A stretch of DNA of 64,000 nt from Yuukianura sp. NJ FZ-2021 (Eukaryota), in the NCBI GenBank assembly GCA_046563655.1, contig CM102289.1, positions 6,076,001-6,140,000 of the forward strand, given 5' to 3'. Shown here piece after piece: positions 1 through 24,300 of this stretch. Within the stretch, counting starts at the first letter, position 1. The number at the start of each line of letters is the position of its first letter. The notes below the pieces were generated by a model that did not search any database, had not been told where the DNA came from, and saw only the letters and a list, made by a program, of their open reading frames with translations. The position numbers and the translations under genes are program-made.

Positions 1-1792
1 GTCGTCTACAACGCATTTTGTAACTGTAAGTGGTGTAAGTGTCCTTGACACATTCTATTTCTTGTATCTAACTTGAAGCCAAGCACCTCAGCAGGAAACT
101 TTAATTTACAGACCTTCTGTCATTAACTAACAACGACATGAGAGTTGGAGCTACAAAGTGAAAGCACTTTTCTCTGATCTTCTCATAAATCAAAAATAAA
201 CGTAGAAGAAGCGACGCTGTGAACCGATGAAACGACTCTGTCGTGTTTATATACTTTACTTTGTTACGCTGAAATGTTTGTGGATACATTTCAGTTTCAG
301 CAACATCCCATCAACACTTCAAAACGAAAAGGCAAGCTATACATCAACATCACTCACTCCATTCAAACTTTGAACTAAACTTTTTAGTAATTTAAGCTCA
401 AGACGCTTAAGCAACTTCAGTGTTTGGAAAGTAATCTTGTAAGGAAGCATTTTAGCAAAAAGGAACTTGCTTCATATGTTTCCACGCAGTAATCAAATAT
501 TTACTAGATCCATCAGACTTTACCATCGTTCTTCATTTTTAACTTGTAGTTGGGCTGACTCCGTACAAATGAAAACAGAAACCCAGAAGCTTAAAAGTTT
601 TTTTTTGAAATTGGATGGAATTGGATCTTGATTTCTATTTTTAGAATTTGCTTCAATCTGACTTGTCCTCTGCTCTGCTCAATTTGAACAAGAAGCTCAT
701 TGGAAATCAGAGACGCCTCTTTCGATTTGTTTCAAATTCAGCAGAGTAAGCATACCCGTGACACTTTTTAAGTAACGTACAACTTCTTTTTTGTTTGAAC
801 CCAGAAATTTAAACTTTTTCAGAACAATCTTGTTTTGTCTTGCTGTTACAAACTTTTCGGTGAGTAAAACTCCTTCTGTTGACATAATTTTTTTTTGTCG
901 AGAGACAACACGGGAAAGTTTCAAACCCAACCTTAACCAATCTTGAAGTTTTGAGACAATGACGCATTGCCAATTTTGAAACCCTTGTTACAAACATTTT
1001 TCAGTTAAAAGTTTTTGGAAATAAAGTTTCCTTTCTAATGAAGTTTTTTTCTGCCAACAAATTGCAAAGTTCAAGCCACATTTTGTAGAGACGCGTAACT
1101 AATTTCACGGCTTTTTGTTAAAAAGAAGCGCCGCTGGAATTGATTGCAAGGAAAACAGCGTTGCAGTAATGAACAGCAACTGCTGGAGGCAAATCAAAGT
1201 TAAAATTTAAAAAAAATTAAAAGCAGCGGAAAAAGTGATGTGACGTTTAATTTCCGTGTGTTTGAAGTCTAATACATCAGCATTTTTTTTCTGTCGTTTT
1301 CTAGGAATATTGAGTAACCCTAAAGTGACTGTAGTGAGTGTGGAGTTAATTAATTAGTTTTGTGGCTGTGACTAAGTTCGTCAGTGATTTATCCTGCCTT
1401 AACCCCTTGACACTGGACGTTCTGGAGCATTTTTGGACTGTTAAGATAAAGTGGGCGTCTTCTGGTTGTTTATTTGGTGAAGAGGCCAAAGGGAACACGG
1501 CGTAACCACAGGAGGTAACCACAGAAAGAGGAGACATTCATTCTTATCGCCAGTCTCTTATGAAATAGCTCTTTAAAACATAACTTAGCTTTTACTAACT
1601 TTAACCAACTTAAGGTTACGCTTAATGTGGATCATGATTAACGTCTTTGTGACAGGATACATATACAAGGGAGTGCTTAAACGAACAAAATAAAGTTCAG
1701 GGTGTGGAAAAATACTCAAAATTTGACACGACGTTTAAATCCCTGCATTCATAAATCGAGTTTTCAAGTTTAAAAACAATAATATTTCAAAA

Positions 1793-1856
1793 ACTACTGC
1801 TTAACACAGTTAGTTTACTACAGCTTAACACTGTTAGTTTACTACTGCTTAACACT
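1793..1856. repeat. 24-bp minisatellite, about 2.7 copies (ACTACWGCTTAACACWGTTAGTTT)
   Basis: Units read directly at 1793-1816, 1817-1840 and 1841-1856 (partial). Confidence 0.85.
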
Positions 1857-4800
1857 CTGGTAGCACAGCACTGTTAAAAACGAATCTAAAAAGTCATAGT
1901 CGAACCTAAACTCAAAAGTTTTAATCTGACGAAGTCGCTGAAAATGTTAGCCTAACAAAAGTTCTTGGATTGGTTAATTCGAATTTACTGTCGTCACAGT
2001 TTCCAAAGTTTTATCTTCACGAAAACTTTCCTCTCTTTCTCTTCCTTCTCTTTTTGAAAAGTTGCAGATACTCGACAGAAATTGAATAAAACTGGTATTA
2101 ATCGTTGCGGAATGACACGCTCCTTACAGTCTCTGCTGTATGCAGTGTTCAACGACATTTCAAATTGAAAACCTAAATTAGTCTGACTTTAAAGTTGGCA
2201 CGGCACAGAGGCTATGAAGAATTTGCAGAAGAGCTTCCATCACCCGAACCTAACCTAACCTCTAATCTCAGTGGAGAAAGTGGAAGTGACAAATCCGTGC
2301 ATCGAAGTGTGAAATTTTGCTAGTCGGAAGTGAAAATCTCCGTTGAGGTGGAGTGCACCGAAGAATAAAAGCGTATGGAACTTCCTACGTAAAGCGATTT
2401 GTGGGACTCGTGAAGTGAAGTCTTCGTCTTTGCTGGAATTCCAAGTTTTTCGCAAAATTTTGGAAGTTTGCCAAAAGCCAAGCTGGGCCTGCGGCCTCTT
2501 CGGAGCTGGAACGTTAAAAAAGTAGCTTCTGTGAGACTCAATCCACCAACCTCTGCGTATAGTTCTCACAGTAGTTGGTAGCTTGGTGTCTTCGTTGGCT
2601 CCCAACGTATAAGTTCTGGATGACCCAAACATACTGGCCTCAGTCGGTTACCAGAATTGGTTCTGGAGTGGAGGCTTAGCATACTAAAGCCCCTTCCACA
2701 CTTTATCTTATTGTTCTTCCAAAATATTTGGAAATCACATGCAGAGACACACCTCCTAACTGAATTTAAATCAAAACTAAACTTAAAACTTTGCATCATG
2801 TGAGCAAAACCGCCTAAATTCTTGCAAAAAATATTTTGCAAAAACTTGCGAACATTCCAGGACGTTTTTTAGTTGAGCCCAATGGGCCATATCATCGCTA
2901 TGGTAGCAGTGTCAGTCGATTTACTGCCGTCGTCAGTCACGTGACAAGTCAATCAAACGTCAACGAATTAATCGATCTCAGGACATAAAAGGTAAGAATT
3001 TGCCTAAAAACAAAATTTTGAAAATCTATTTATAGGGAAAAAACAGGGAAGTTGCAGAATCTGAACGGTTTTGCCAAAATGAGTTTGATTTTGCCAAATT
3101 TTTGTTTGTAAAGACGCATAACATGGGCGTCACCACGTTGATTTATTTGTTTGTTCGTTTTTAGATTCTTTCAGCTTGACTTGTACTATAAAATTTCTGG
3201 TCTACTAAACATAGACTACACAATTATACTTAAGTCTAGGAAACAACAAGTGCTGATGAGTGCCAAGATCAGATGGAAAAAGAACAATGTTGCATCTTTG
3301 TATTTATGTTAGGCTCGTGTTAGGCTAAACCTAACGTTACGAAGGTTTTGGATTCTGAGCAACTTTTCAGAATAAGTTGGCTACTTAAGAGGGCATAAAG
3401 ATTTGACCTTGTGTGAGAATCACTGATACTACGACTACACTACACCCTTACTTTATGCCTCTGTCATCTGCATCTGTGGAAAACTTCATTAGGCTAAAAA
3501 CTTGATACAGTCGAGTATCCTTAACACTCTCTGCCTATTGTCATCCTCTGGAACGCACACACAAACACTATTCGCATGTATCTGGCTTCCACAAGTTTTG
3601 TTAACCTAACTTTTTCATGGAAAAACATAAAGTGAACACACATAAAGTTACCAAAAGTTTTTGAGTGGAAAGATCATGGTTTTCTAAGTGGTTTTGGTGA
3701 GAGGTCATAGCCTTTTACTGCTAATTTGGACCAGAGGTTACTAATGAGCCCACAGATGCACACGGCTAACCTTAAATGAAAAAATTTTGACCAACTTTAT
3801 GATAATACGTTGTCACTCTGCTCCTCTGCTCGACCAGTTCCTAACCTAGTTAAATGCGAAATGCAGCAAACCATGACCGTACGCCTAGGTCAGGTTAGTA
3901 ACGTGACAATTTCATGATAAAAATTATTGGCGCCACTTTTGGCCATTCTGGTTTCCAAAATTTTCCAGAATCATTGATACCCTGAATTCAAATTTTTGGA
4001 GTGTTTGTATACTGAAGAGTAGTCCATGTTTAGGCATTTTTGTCATGTTTGCTGAATCGCGGAGGTGTATAACATGAAAAAATTTTCAAAAATGAAAAAA
4101 TTTCCTTCAGATGTCAAACCTGTTCCATACTTTTTATGATTCAACTCGTTACTACTGCCGTGTCGCTAGGTTTCCACTTTCGCTTTGTTTCATCTTTCAC
4201 TATTCCTTTGAGCTTTTGCTTTGAAATTGAGTAGTTTCTGGAACACAAAGATGGCAAGATGACATTTTGGAAACTTTTTTTAATCAACTTGCGTTGTTAG
4301 GATACAACACGTTTTGAGTAGCCGAGCCTCAGATAAAGTGCTAATGCTAATCCTCAAACTGATTAAAAACAACTTCTGTGTTAACTGTTTAACTTGCAAA
4401 AGATAAGTTACGTCGCGTTTTGTAATATAAGATGCGTGTTTCTATGATTTATGAATGGAATCATTCCAACTACCACCATCATTGATTCCCAAATTTAAAG
4501 TGTCAAATGTCAGTTAATTTTAAACTTCGAAGAAAGTTAACATTCGAAACGGACTTTGCCTTCTTCGGTTAGAGTAGAAATAAAAACCTAAAGTGTTATG
4601 TTATCCGGTTGCTCAGGAATAAAACTAAACTGCGTCCGTTCAGCATTCCATGCAAGTGCTAATGGTTTCCATTTGCAAAGTTAATTGACGTTTTGAGATG
4701 CGCAGAATGACATAAAAACAAAATAGTAAACAATAAATGTAAGGAGCGTCGTTTGAGCTTTATCTCTTAAGTACAGGCAAAATGAAAACGTCACCCTATT

Positions 4801-7697
4801 TCGTTTAATACTTAAAGCTTTATAGTTTTTTTTTCAGTTTAGTCATTTTTAAATTTCTGAAAAAAAACTGCGGACGAAATTTGATCGAACTAGTTGAAGT
4901 TGTTGAACTAAGTTTGGTCGAGGTCATGAAATTTGAAATGACTAATGAGGTTGGTTCGTTTGAGTTAGTTTACACGGGTTAGTTTAATAGAGAAACTTTT
5001 TTTTTCGAAGTTTTGTTGAAATTTTGAGAAGTCTATTAAGATCTTATCCAAATCCACGTCGGAAAGCAAAAGTTCCTAGTCCTTGGCTTTTGTAATTTGC
5101 GTGGGAGAATTAAGTCAAAAGTCACATTTTAGTGTCCATAGCTACACGGGTCCAAAAGTCATACTTTTGTACATGATGATCATGATGTTACTACACTTTT
5201 AATCTAGAAATACACAGAGAAAGGAAATTCTGAGAAAGCAATCTTAAGATCAAACTGCATTAACGGCCTTTGTGGTTTTACATTCAATTTGGGCGAGAAC
5301 TGAGATTATAGCCTTTTCAAGAAGTTTTCATATTTTTGGATCTTGTTTTTGTGAAAAGTGTAGCTGAAGAAGTCAAATTAGGGTAGAATTGTGTTAGAAA
5401 CATCAAAGCCAAAGAGACTTTCCTTTGGAAAATGTCTTTGAAGTTGGACTAAGCGTCTTAATTATAATGAAAAGCCAGGCGCTTTCTCCTTAGAAAAACT
5501 TTGTGAATTTTCGTGGAAATGTTTTTTACTTTAACGCTAACCTGCCTACACAATAATATTCTTGAGGATTTTCAAGATTAAAAGCTAAACCTACAAAGAT
5601 TTTTGTAATTTCATGCTTCAAGTTTATAAGAAAACTGCTTCATAAAAACTTTTGAAGGTTAGAGTTAGGTTAACCTGAAAAGTTATGTTTTTGACTAACC
5701 TAACATAACTAAAAATAGGTTGGAGAAAGAACTGTAAGGCTGTGAATTCTGGAAATGAATATTTGTCCTATCAGGTGATTTATTCGCTCTAAAAAAAATC
5801 CTGGAGAAAGTGACAACTGGGAGCCGTTTTCCGCTTTTTTTAAAGGAAAAAAGACAAATGGAGTTCAAATTTTTAAAGATTCATGTTCGGTACACACAGA
5901 AATTTGAAGTGCACTTCAACCAAAAACGTTTTTGTGGAAAAACACAAACTTCTTTTGATCTGAGAGTACGCAATTTCTTCAAAGTTCTCTTCTTCTCGAA
6001 CGCGGATGCTTAAAAAATAAAATTTCAGGCAATCTTTTTTCTCCTTTTTCCATTTTCTTCTTTTTATGGAAAAATCCTTGTTCAAATATGTGCTTTCGAT
6101 CGAGTTTGTTACGATAGAGTTTTCAATTTCGGGAATATTAGACTGAACTTTGAGTTTTAGGTTACGCGTGCCAGTAGCTTCTTTCTATCTTAAAAGAAGC
6201 GTTGTGCACCGACTAAAAAATGGGGGACATTGTCTTTCACAAAGAAGTCGTTAAGGTTTGTTTTATGTTCGAAGGTTAATTACGTGGATAATGTTTATGG
6301 TAGTTTGTGAAGACTAGGAATGGCATGACTCGGTTACACGTGGATCCTGGATATGCAGTGCCGTTACGATCAAGTTCATGGTTTTAGTTTGAATTTTTGC
6401 GCGCTTCTATCTTCTTATGAATTCCACCGAGACCAGAATGAGTGTAGATCATGCTGTTACTATAGTGTATCCTTGGCACTGAAGATCATGTTGAGAATTC
6501 TAAATCTGATCTGACAAAAATCCGTCTCAACTGTTACTGTAATCTACTCTACGCTATCGTTAGCATCACTATGGCCGCTACAACTGCCGGTACAGAAACT
6601 ACTTTGCTCATGAATGCATCCACTGTGGCGGAATATCTATCGACAATTCGTGACTGCTTGAAGCTCCCTGGTGCAAGCCTTACTTCGCGCCTTATGTCTC
6701 CTCCAATTTATTTTACGTTACAGAATCAACATTCCTTTTAGTTCTCATTTGTATGAAACCTTTTGAAGAAAAACCACAAGCTAAACTTTAGCGTTGGTTT
6801 ATGAAAATTCTGGGAAAGTTCAAACTTTCCCGCCTTTCGGATATCATACTGACGGAAACCAATCCCAAAACGCCATAGAATATTCATAAGGACTCGTAAT
6901 TTTGAGGCGTGCGAAAAGTTGCTTTCACCCGCTGAGACTCAAGCGGTCACAATCCGGTTCACAACTTTTCCACTTCAGTTGTGGCATTTACGAATAAAAA
7001 TATGAGGGCAAGAGAACTTCCAAAATTTTTGTTCAAAAATTTACATGATACGGATTGAAATTTTTTTGAGCAAATAGATATTTCGAACTAAAGATTTTTT
7101 TTCATTTTTTATTGAATTAATGAAACGTGTGGGTATACAAACCGTGGGAAGTAAACCGTTGAAACATGTGCCTTGCATAATTTTTCAAATCTGAAGATTT
7201 GAATGTGAACTTCCAATTCAACAGGAAAATGGCGTCTATTTAACTTTCATTTAAGCAAAGAATTTGAAATTCACGGCTCGAAGCTCTTGAAGAGTTAGGA
7301 ATTGCAAATTTGCTGGAACTTGAAAACAATGTTCTCTGGATTTTTCAAACTTCCTCTCAATTTTTTCTTATGTGCACGCTTTAACGACTTTTGGTCCTTA
7401 AATCCAAAGTAGTAAAGCCGAAAGGAGTAAAGTGGAACAGTAAACTTAAATGGTTACGACTATAAAAGGCGGGAGAGTGAAAATGGGACCCTGAAAAATG
7501 GAGTTTTTCAGCTAATACTAAATTCCTTCGTTTCAATTGAAAATTTTTAATCAATTTGAAACTTTTTTTTATTTGATTTTCAGGCTTCTAAGTGTGTTCA
7601 CACTTTGAGACAAAACGACATACAATTACTTTCTCCGACTTTAGTGCTCCACTAATCCTAAGAATCGTCGTACCTGGATCGTACCTGTGCATTTCCA

Positions 7698-16326
<8,629 letters not shown>

Positions 16327-18337
16327 AAACAACCGCCACCACAACCATCACTTACAAAGTTATTTTGAACAAAAAGTCTTGCCAAAAAAAGTACTCTTCA
16401 AGAATTCTGAAAAATGACAAAATTACTCTTTATATTTATAAACATTTAGAATATGTTAAAAAGTTTTCATTAGATTAAGGTATATACGTCATTAGGTTAT
16501 CTTTACGTTACGACGCTTAATAACCTAAGAACGGTTTTCTCATATTTTGTTATACTTTGACTGTTTAGGTTAGCCTAACGTCAGGCTAGGTCATGTCCTG
16601 TGCTGGATTAGCCTAACTTTAGGCTAACTAAAACTAGATTAGATTTTAGAAGATTTGTAAATTGTTAAAAAACTCACTTTAAGTTCCTTTTTCTCTGTAA
16701 GTGTTTGTAATATGTTTACACTGGAGAAAGTTCAAATGTGATATTTTCTTATTAACCACGCCCAGAGTTCATAAATCTCAAACATATAGTTATGGTCACC
16801 ATAACTCAGCGTTCATTCATTGTTGCCATTTTTTGTGTGTTTGAAATGTGAAAATTTGCAAAGTGGGTCATTCGGTTAGGCCTCAATTCCTGTTTGGCTA
16901 CTTTTCCGCATCTCTGAACTCGGACTCTCTTCCTGCTTGGAATCGAATGGGCAGAAGGATGATCTGTTCCCATGGTCCTCCGCAGCATCTTTGTATTATA
17001 CTAAAAGATGATGATGAAGTTGAAGGTAGTGGAAGATTCCGTGGAGGTAAGGTGTGACATGGGCGGATAACGGGACATCATCACAAGAATTCCAATCAAC
17101 CATCATCGTGTCCAAATCAACCCACCAGTCATCTCTCACTCGTCGGCCAATTAAGACTCTTTTCCCCCCAAATCAGTTGTATTTTGTTCCAAGAAGGCTC
17201 CCGGGTACATGCGCACAGATTTTTTTTCTAGTATCTGCGCATATCCATCGTCGAGAGAAAGCAGCTCCAGACTTTGTTTAACAAAAAGTTTCTACACTGA
17301 AATAAAGAAAGAAGTGGTAAAGCGTGTGCAGTAAATGTGGACCACTGCTGTGCAGTCGTCAACAGGATCAGTTTTCTACGCAGACGCAAAGTGCACGCGT
17401 TGGCTGCTTGTCAACCTAAGTAATCATAAACGACCTCCCATGGATACCTTGTACATTGATCATAAAGTGTTGACAACTGATACACACGATTGACACCCGA
17501 GGCTTCAATGCGCATGCGTCGACGCATTTCACTCAGCGATTATTTTCAACCTAAAATCTTCCTTCCTGTATTATGGTTACGGAAATTTTTGACATTTTCA
17601 CAAAAATTCTGAAAGAGCTTTTCCATAATGTAAGAATTTCCTGACAACGTCAACAAAGGAACAATGACAAGCGGAACAAGAAGTGAAAACTAACACTAAA
17701 AGTGCCTTCACCTTGAACGTCAAATTTTTGGCGGGAAACTCAGAAAGTTCGAATTTTTCCAATTAGGAACATGTTAATGTTAGTAGTGCTCGTGTTCTAC
17801 ATTGGAATTCCTCTGAATGTACTAGTTCAAGGAGTATTGTTCTTTTTCAAATGAAACTGACCCATGCGACCACTCCCAAAAACAAAAACAACTTTTGAAA
17901 AAAAAGAGTGAAAAAAATGCTCTCATTTTGAGTGCGATAAATACTTGTTACTTTGACCTCAAAGTGTCACCGTGTTTCCCACAGGCAAATTGAAAGCTTT
18001 TCAGAGGTTGAGAATTATCTTCACACGATTTTATGAAAATTTATTAAAATTTTTACTTAACACAAAAAAAGTGAAGTGGTTGACTTTCCTTAACCTCAAC
18101 AAACCAGAATTTGCAAAAAGAACAAAAAAAAAACCTGTTTGGATTTTTTATCAATTGTTGTGCTGAAATTTTGAATTCGTCCCAAACAAAAAGAAAAACT
18201 TTGAAGAAAGCATTTTATTTGGTTACTGTAAGTTGTTGTGAACGTGATTTCTAACATATACTGCCAAGGATCACTTTCAAACGAAAGTGTAATCATCAAC
18301 AGGAAACCATTTTTCTGCGTTTGCGCGTGAGTGAGAA

Positions 18338-21300
18338 ATGGGCGTGGAAGCTTGTGAAGGGCCGTTCGTCACGGTCGTGTCAGTTGACGGCGGAAGCATC
18401 TCTGGAAACAAGTTAACCGTTAAAACTCCCGCGGCGTCTCCAGTTTGTTCACAGGGTGACGATTCCGCTGAATCGCCGACAATTTGTCATCGTTATGCAG
18501 TAAAACCAGAGTGTTCAGAAACATCACCGTCTCCGACTCCGCCTTCTGAAAGGTGCCGCGGTGGAGCTTATGTGACAGTAGTGGCTCTAGGAAAAGACAA
18601 AAAGCCATCGGGTGAAAATACGTCCGTTGTTAACATTTTAAACGAAGTTGAAGAATGTCTCAAAGAAAATTTTCCAGAATTTTTTCCACTGCTGGAACAA
18701 AAATCCAGAAAATCGTTTGTGTCAATTGAAGATTTAGAAGAAGATGTCGTCATTTACCGTCTTCCAGGAGAAAGGCTTGGACTTGGCCTGAGATTTGAAG
18801 GGGGCGAGGACCCTTCGATTCCCATCGATCGACTTTTTATTGATTCAACTGCAGAAGCAAGTCCTGCAGCAAAAGCTGAGGGCTCATGGGGGCCCTTGGC
18901 CGCTGGAGACGAAGTTCTAGCCATCGGTGGGCATCCGGTGTCACTCTGCAGTCGTCAAGGCCTGATTGACACTCTGCGCGAGTCACCTGTCGCTCTGACC
19001 ATCAGAGTTCGACATTTGTTGACGCATGCGCAAAAGCCAGAACCACTGCCAGTTATCACCGAAGATGAAGACGACGACTGTCATCAAGACATTCTGAGCG
19101 TCATTGAAGAAAGTCTGCCACTGCTACAAGAAGAGTCGCTTCGTGGTGACCCCTGGGTCGATGAAATTCTGAATTTGGCCAAAAAGGAACCTCTGTTCGT
19201 ATGGACCGGCGAGCATGAAGAAGTGTTTCCAGTTGCCCCACCAAGACGGCTCAATGCTCGTGACTCCCTCAAGTGCCACCGCTACCAACGACCATTGTCA
19301 CTTCATCTGGATCCGCCAGAGGGCTTTGCCGATTTTCAATTACGCATGAGGACACAGTCCCTGGAGAGTCTTGCATCCACAGTCATGCGCAGTCGTTCTT
19401 CACTTGGTCACGCCGAGTCACCTTTAGAGCCACCCCTGTCGTTTCAGGATCCACAGGACGAGGTTGTCTTTGGTGGGAAGCGGTTGGTGGTGAGGAGTCG
19501 AAGTCTTGTGAATATCAGCCACGAAGAGCCTGAGGATCCCAGTGGACCTAATCACCCAGAAGATGAGGTTGAACATGAAGATGCAGAAGATGAAGCAGGG
19601 GATGTTGAACTGGATGGTTTAGTTGAGGATTTTGTAGGAAGTGGATTCAGTAGACACGAAGACGTTGAAGTCGACGGAGAGGGTGGCAGTGGTAGTGACG
19701 AAGGGCTGAGCAGTGATTCGACGGGTGAAGATGGTGGGGAGGTGACCATTCGAATTGAATGGCTTCATGAAATTCAAGAAGAAGCCTCGTCTGTACCGTA
19801 AGTTTTTGAACAAACAGTTTTATGTTCCCCCAGAAGGGATTTAACATTACCGTAAATATTCAAATATTACCCCACCGGGCAATTGTTGTTTCTTGGACCT
19901 TTGAGGTGTACTCAATAGAAAGACGGGGTTACTTAGGGCAGTGGTACTATTAGGAAATTTACGGTAACTATGCTGCACTTCAGGTCTGGTTAACTATCAC
20001 GAGCATAACTGTAAAAGTAGTTAGGCACTCTAATTAGTTTACAATTAATTTACAACTTGTCAGAGTTCTCCTTTGTCAGTAAGTTCCACAACCTCAACCA
20101 TTGGTATTTACAAAAAAAAAACTGGATTTCTCCACCGTTTTGTTTTAAAATTTTGAATTTTCCCTCGATTTTCAAATTTTAGCGCGAGGAAGGAATGCCA
20201 GTGGCCGTTTCCTTTTGTTATGGCGGAAAACAGTAAAAATTTGAATTGTGTCAGTTGCACTAAAAGTTACCGGCGAGTATAACGGTTCTCTCTGCAAAGT
20301 CCAACAACAGCCGTTGTTACGTTGGAATTCTCAAGATAAGAGACCGGCTTCTTTACTTTCGCCTCAAGTTAATCAGTTAACTTGTCTGACTAATTAACTT
20401 TTTGCTTTACGGGTGACGATGATTAAAACTTATTTTTTTTGGAGGTCAAAAACCGTAGTCATTGAACATGACATTTGTTTATATCAAACTTCAACGATGA
20501 CGATTGTTCAAAGCGTGACTGTCAAAAAACTCAAGGAATTTGAAATTCGCACGCAAACATTAATAATTCACGGTTTCCAATTACTAAATCATTCGTAACG
20601 CAGCATAGGGTCTCTCCTACACGGTTTAGTCCAGTTGACAACTCGGCCTTTAACGTTTTGAAATATTTCATATCAGTTTTGACACTTTGACGGAAGTCCG
20701 AGCATGAAACCGATTATTGACATACCTTGCGTTTAAAAAATTACTTTTGACACGTAAACTTGAACTCTTTTTTACTGATTGCAAAGAAAAAGCAATTTTA
20801 CAAAAGGTTTACTAATCTTTAACATTTAACATGTTTTTTTTTATATAAACGTTTAACGGCGACGTTAGAAAAACATTTTATAAACAAGTGTTAGGCCGTT
20901 TGAGATAGTAATACATGCTTTGACGTTAACAAAAAATGTGGGTGGCGTTTTGCTTAGTGATATAATTCAATGTAATCTGTAATCTGTAACATTGACATTA
21001 CTTAAATTTGTGTATAATGTTAAGATTATTTTACGAACGTTAGTTACCTCATCCATTTTTTTTTGAAAAATCACGCTTTTACAAACTTTGAACTGATTTG
21101 CCCAGATCGGATAACACGGTGAAGCGAGATTGAAAAGTGACTTTTAGTGTGACATGTAAATAAGCTGAAATCTGACAGATTGAAATTATCATTTCGAATT
21201 TGTGATTCAGTGGTAGTGGATGTATTGTGGAAGTGGGAGAACTAAAAAGAGGGTAAAGTACTGCTTGCTAAATATCAATTTCTCTTTCTTTTGTGTTGTT

Positions 21301-24300
21301 AATTAACTTTTGTTACTCAATCGTTGCTAGCATTATTTGTAAAAGTACTGTTGTCATTTCATAACTCCGCCTAATTCTCATTTTATATTGTACAGATCTG
21401 TTGACGAACGATTGCCAACCATATCCCCACATTCGGAACAAGTCCAGTTGTTGCTTTCATCATCCGTTGTTGCAGACGACATAACGTCCAAGAACACGAT
21501 TGTTCATCATAACCTAGGCTCAGGAGGTATCACCACCCGTGGAGTCCAAGACAGCGAATCTGTAAATATTGAAGACCAAGCTCGACATTTTACAAAGGAA
21601 TTGATTCTGCGACCTCTTCCACTTGCTACAATCCAACTAGATCAACGGGAGGATCCTACAATTTTTCCAATTAAGGATGTCGACAGGCTGCCAACTCTGA
21701 GCTGTTCAAGTGGTAAGAACGATGAACGAAAGATATTATACCATTTAAATAGAGTTTAAGGTACTGAGAGGTACCACTGTAGCTAATTCTTCCACAAAAA
21801 CAGCATAATTAGTTAACTTTGGGCTGATGGACGACATGACTAATAAGCTTATTTTCGTTCTTTTTTGTTTTTATACTGAAAAAGACTAATGTGTCATAAA
21901 TGGACTCTTATGCCTTGGAAGGCATGACTCGCGACGAGCTAAATTACATCATTGTGGCTTTGTGGTTGAAGTTCCGGCACTTGTATCTTCGCATTCCACA
22001 AGCCAAGGTTACCTGTTTTCCTGTTGTTGATCATGATAAATCTTCTGTGCAAAAAAAAGTATTGCCAAAAAGACATTCACCTCTTTTGCCTTTGTCTTTG
22101 GCGTATTTTTTCCAATGCTCACACGATTTTTTGTGATCCTCTCAATCCACCGTGCAGCAGTGCAATTTTTAGTGGTTGGGAAATTGACAATGGGATAATC
22201 TCGTTTAAGGCTTTAACTGATACGTATCTTTTTATGTACTTCTTCTGAACTTTCAGGATTGGCGTGTAGCACTCTAAAAAAGTCCCAGGATTAAGGGAGG
22301 CATGTCGGTCGTGCATTTTTTGGTGGCGTTGGGAATGACGATTCGCAGCGCTAGGATTAGTCAGTGAACACTGAAAAATTCATTTTACGACTTCATCCCC
22401 TTTCGTTTTTGTTCCTAAATAAGTTTTTTACGCTTTTATTTTCAATAGGATTCTTAGATGTATTTTCCGTCTTCCTCTTATGACACAAAGGACCGCGAAC
22501 TCAACTTTCCAATCCCATTTTGAGATTTGGTTTACATCTCGCACTTCATGCTGCAAATTCAAGGCTCTTAATTTAATGACACAGATGAGAGGTTCCACGA
22601 AATTCTTTAGGGAACATTGCCCTCGTATACTTGGTCTCTGCTTAAAAAAACAAAGCTAGGAAGTCACACGAACGTTACCGGAAAACTTTTGACAACTTTA
22701 CATTTGTTAACCTGTGGAAAGTTCTCTCTAAAACTATGAAATCTCTCATAGGTTTAAAATTCAATTTAAACCTGAGCAATTGGAGTCATAAACATCATGC
22801 TGTGTAGCAAATACTTTCGTTTTCGCCTTTACTTTCATTCTATTTCAACTTATTCCTGCCGCTCTAATTGGAATTGCAAGTTTTAGCAAGAATTGTACGC
22901 TTGAAGCGTCATTGCTAACCCTGCGGAAAAAACAAAGTGTTTGGTATTGGGGAGTGTGGTGCAAAATACTTCCAGTAGTGTTTCTACGCTACTATTATGC
23001 TGCCAATATTTATTTCGTTTGCAATAGAAAAAATGGCTGAAGCGTAACCTTTTTTTGTGTTGATGTAATCAGTTGGGCAAATTAGTTTCGCCAAATAAAC
23101 ACTACTCCTGCTACTACTACCTTATTTCCTTATCTTGGCAATAATTCAACTAATTGCAACGTACTTGCTTCAAATTCTTTTCAATTTCGACCATTCTTTA
23201 CTCTTAACACTGCTGAAGTTTGCCCATTTGGAAAGTTCAAAAAAATTACTCTTTTTTTTTGTATAGAGTTTCACCTTTATACAAGTCAATAGTTTACGAA
23301 AACTTGCGTTGCGAAAACACCATCTTTTCGCTCCACTCCTTCCATCACTTTCTCCTTTGCACTTGCATTGCATTGCATTGCAATGTAATAAGCGATGCAA
23401 ACAAACATAAACCAGAAGCCACCGGCGGTACTAAAAATGACTTCATAATCCCTAAATAAATACTAAAAGTGCTAAGATGTACAGCACAGACGTTTTGGTG
23501 AAGGAACGCAGTTCCAGAAGCCGGATTTTACGCTTGAGTCACTCTAACTTAGTTCTTTTAACTAAAAACGTGTTTTTTTCTGTTTTAGAACTTTTTAAAA
23601 CAGGCTCACATCCGCTTTGGAAGGAAGTTACTCCCTGTTTTATATTTTTCAAGTGAACAGCTCAAGTGCTTTTTTGGACCCTCTAAACTTTTCGGATGAG
23701 TTCTTTCAGAAAAAGCTTTAGGAGAGGGATTACATCCTTTGCAAAGTTTCGTAAATGCTGAAGCATAAGAAGCAAAAGTCAGATCCACCACCAAGTCATG
23801 ACTTTCAAAATTGTTACGGACACGTAGCAGTAGTTAAACAAGCAGTTTCTCGCACCCTCCTCATCTTCGAATCACTCCGACTTATCGGATCCAGTTTTTG
23901 TTCATCCTGTGGGCTTGAGGTACTTTTTGACTTTGACTTTTTATTAAAGTCCAAAAGTACCTCACCACAACATCAGAAACTTTACTACGCTACGTGTGCT
24001 ACAAATCCATAAGGGATTCAGTGTATTTTTTACGTTGAATCACCTTGATCCTATTGTTCCTTACCTTCTTCCATCCACCCACCAAGTCAAAGGAATTCTG
24101 TACGTACTTACGTTAATTCAAGTCGAGACACCTTCAGATTCAGCACAACTTCAGTCACAGTCACAGTAAAGAAAGAACGAATTACTTTTTAGTATTCTCC
24201 CTTTTGCTTATAGTCATTTCAAGTTCAGAAACGAGTGCGCGCAAAGGTGTGCATGATTGTTGTCCGTCCTTAAGTGTTCGAGTGTTTAAGTATTAATTAA

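Noticed and set aside
101..7580. Short ORFs in the first 7.5 kb (e.g. 2255-2632 minus; a 56-codon ORF near 6571)
   Set aside because: No recognisable motifs or consistent splice pattern. Probably VKR upstream/5' UTR intronic DNA.
16848..17281. ORFs with a strong GAG|GTAAGG donor at about 17047
   Set aside because: May be a 5' exon of the PDZ gene, but no acceptor or protein homology could be supported.
23363..23382. (TTGCA)4 microsatellite
   Set aside because: Trivial simple repeat in an intron.
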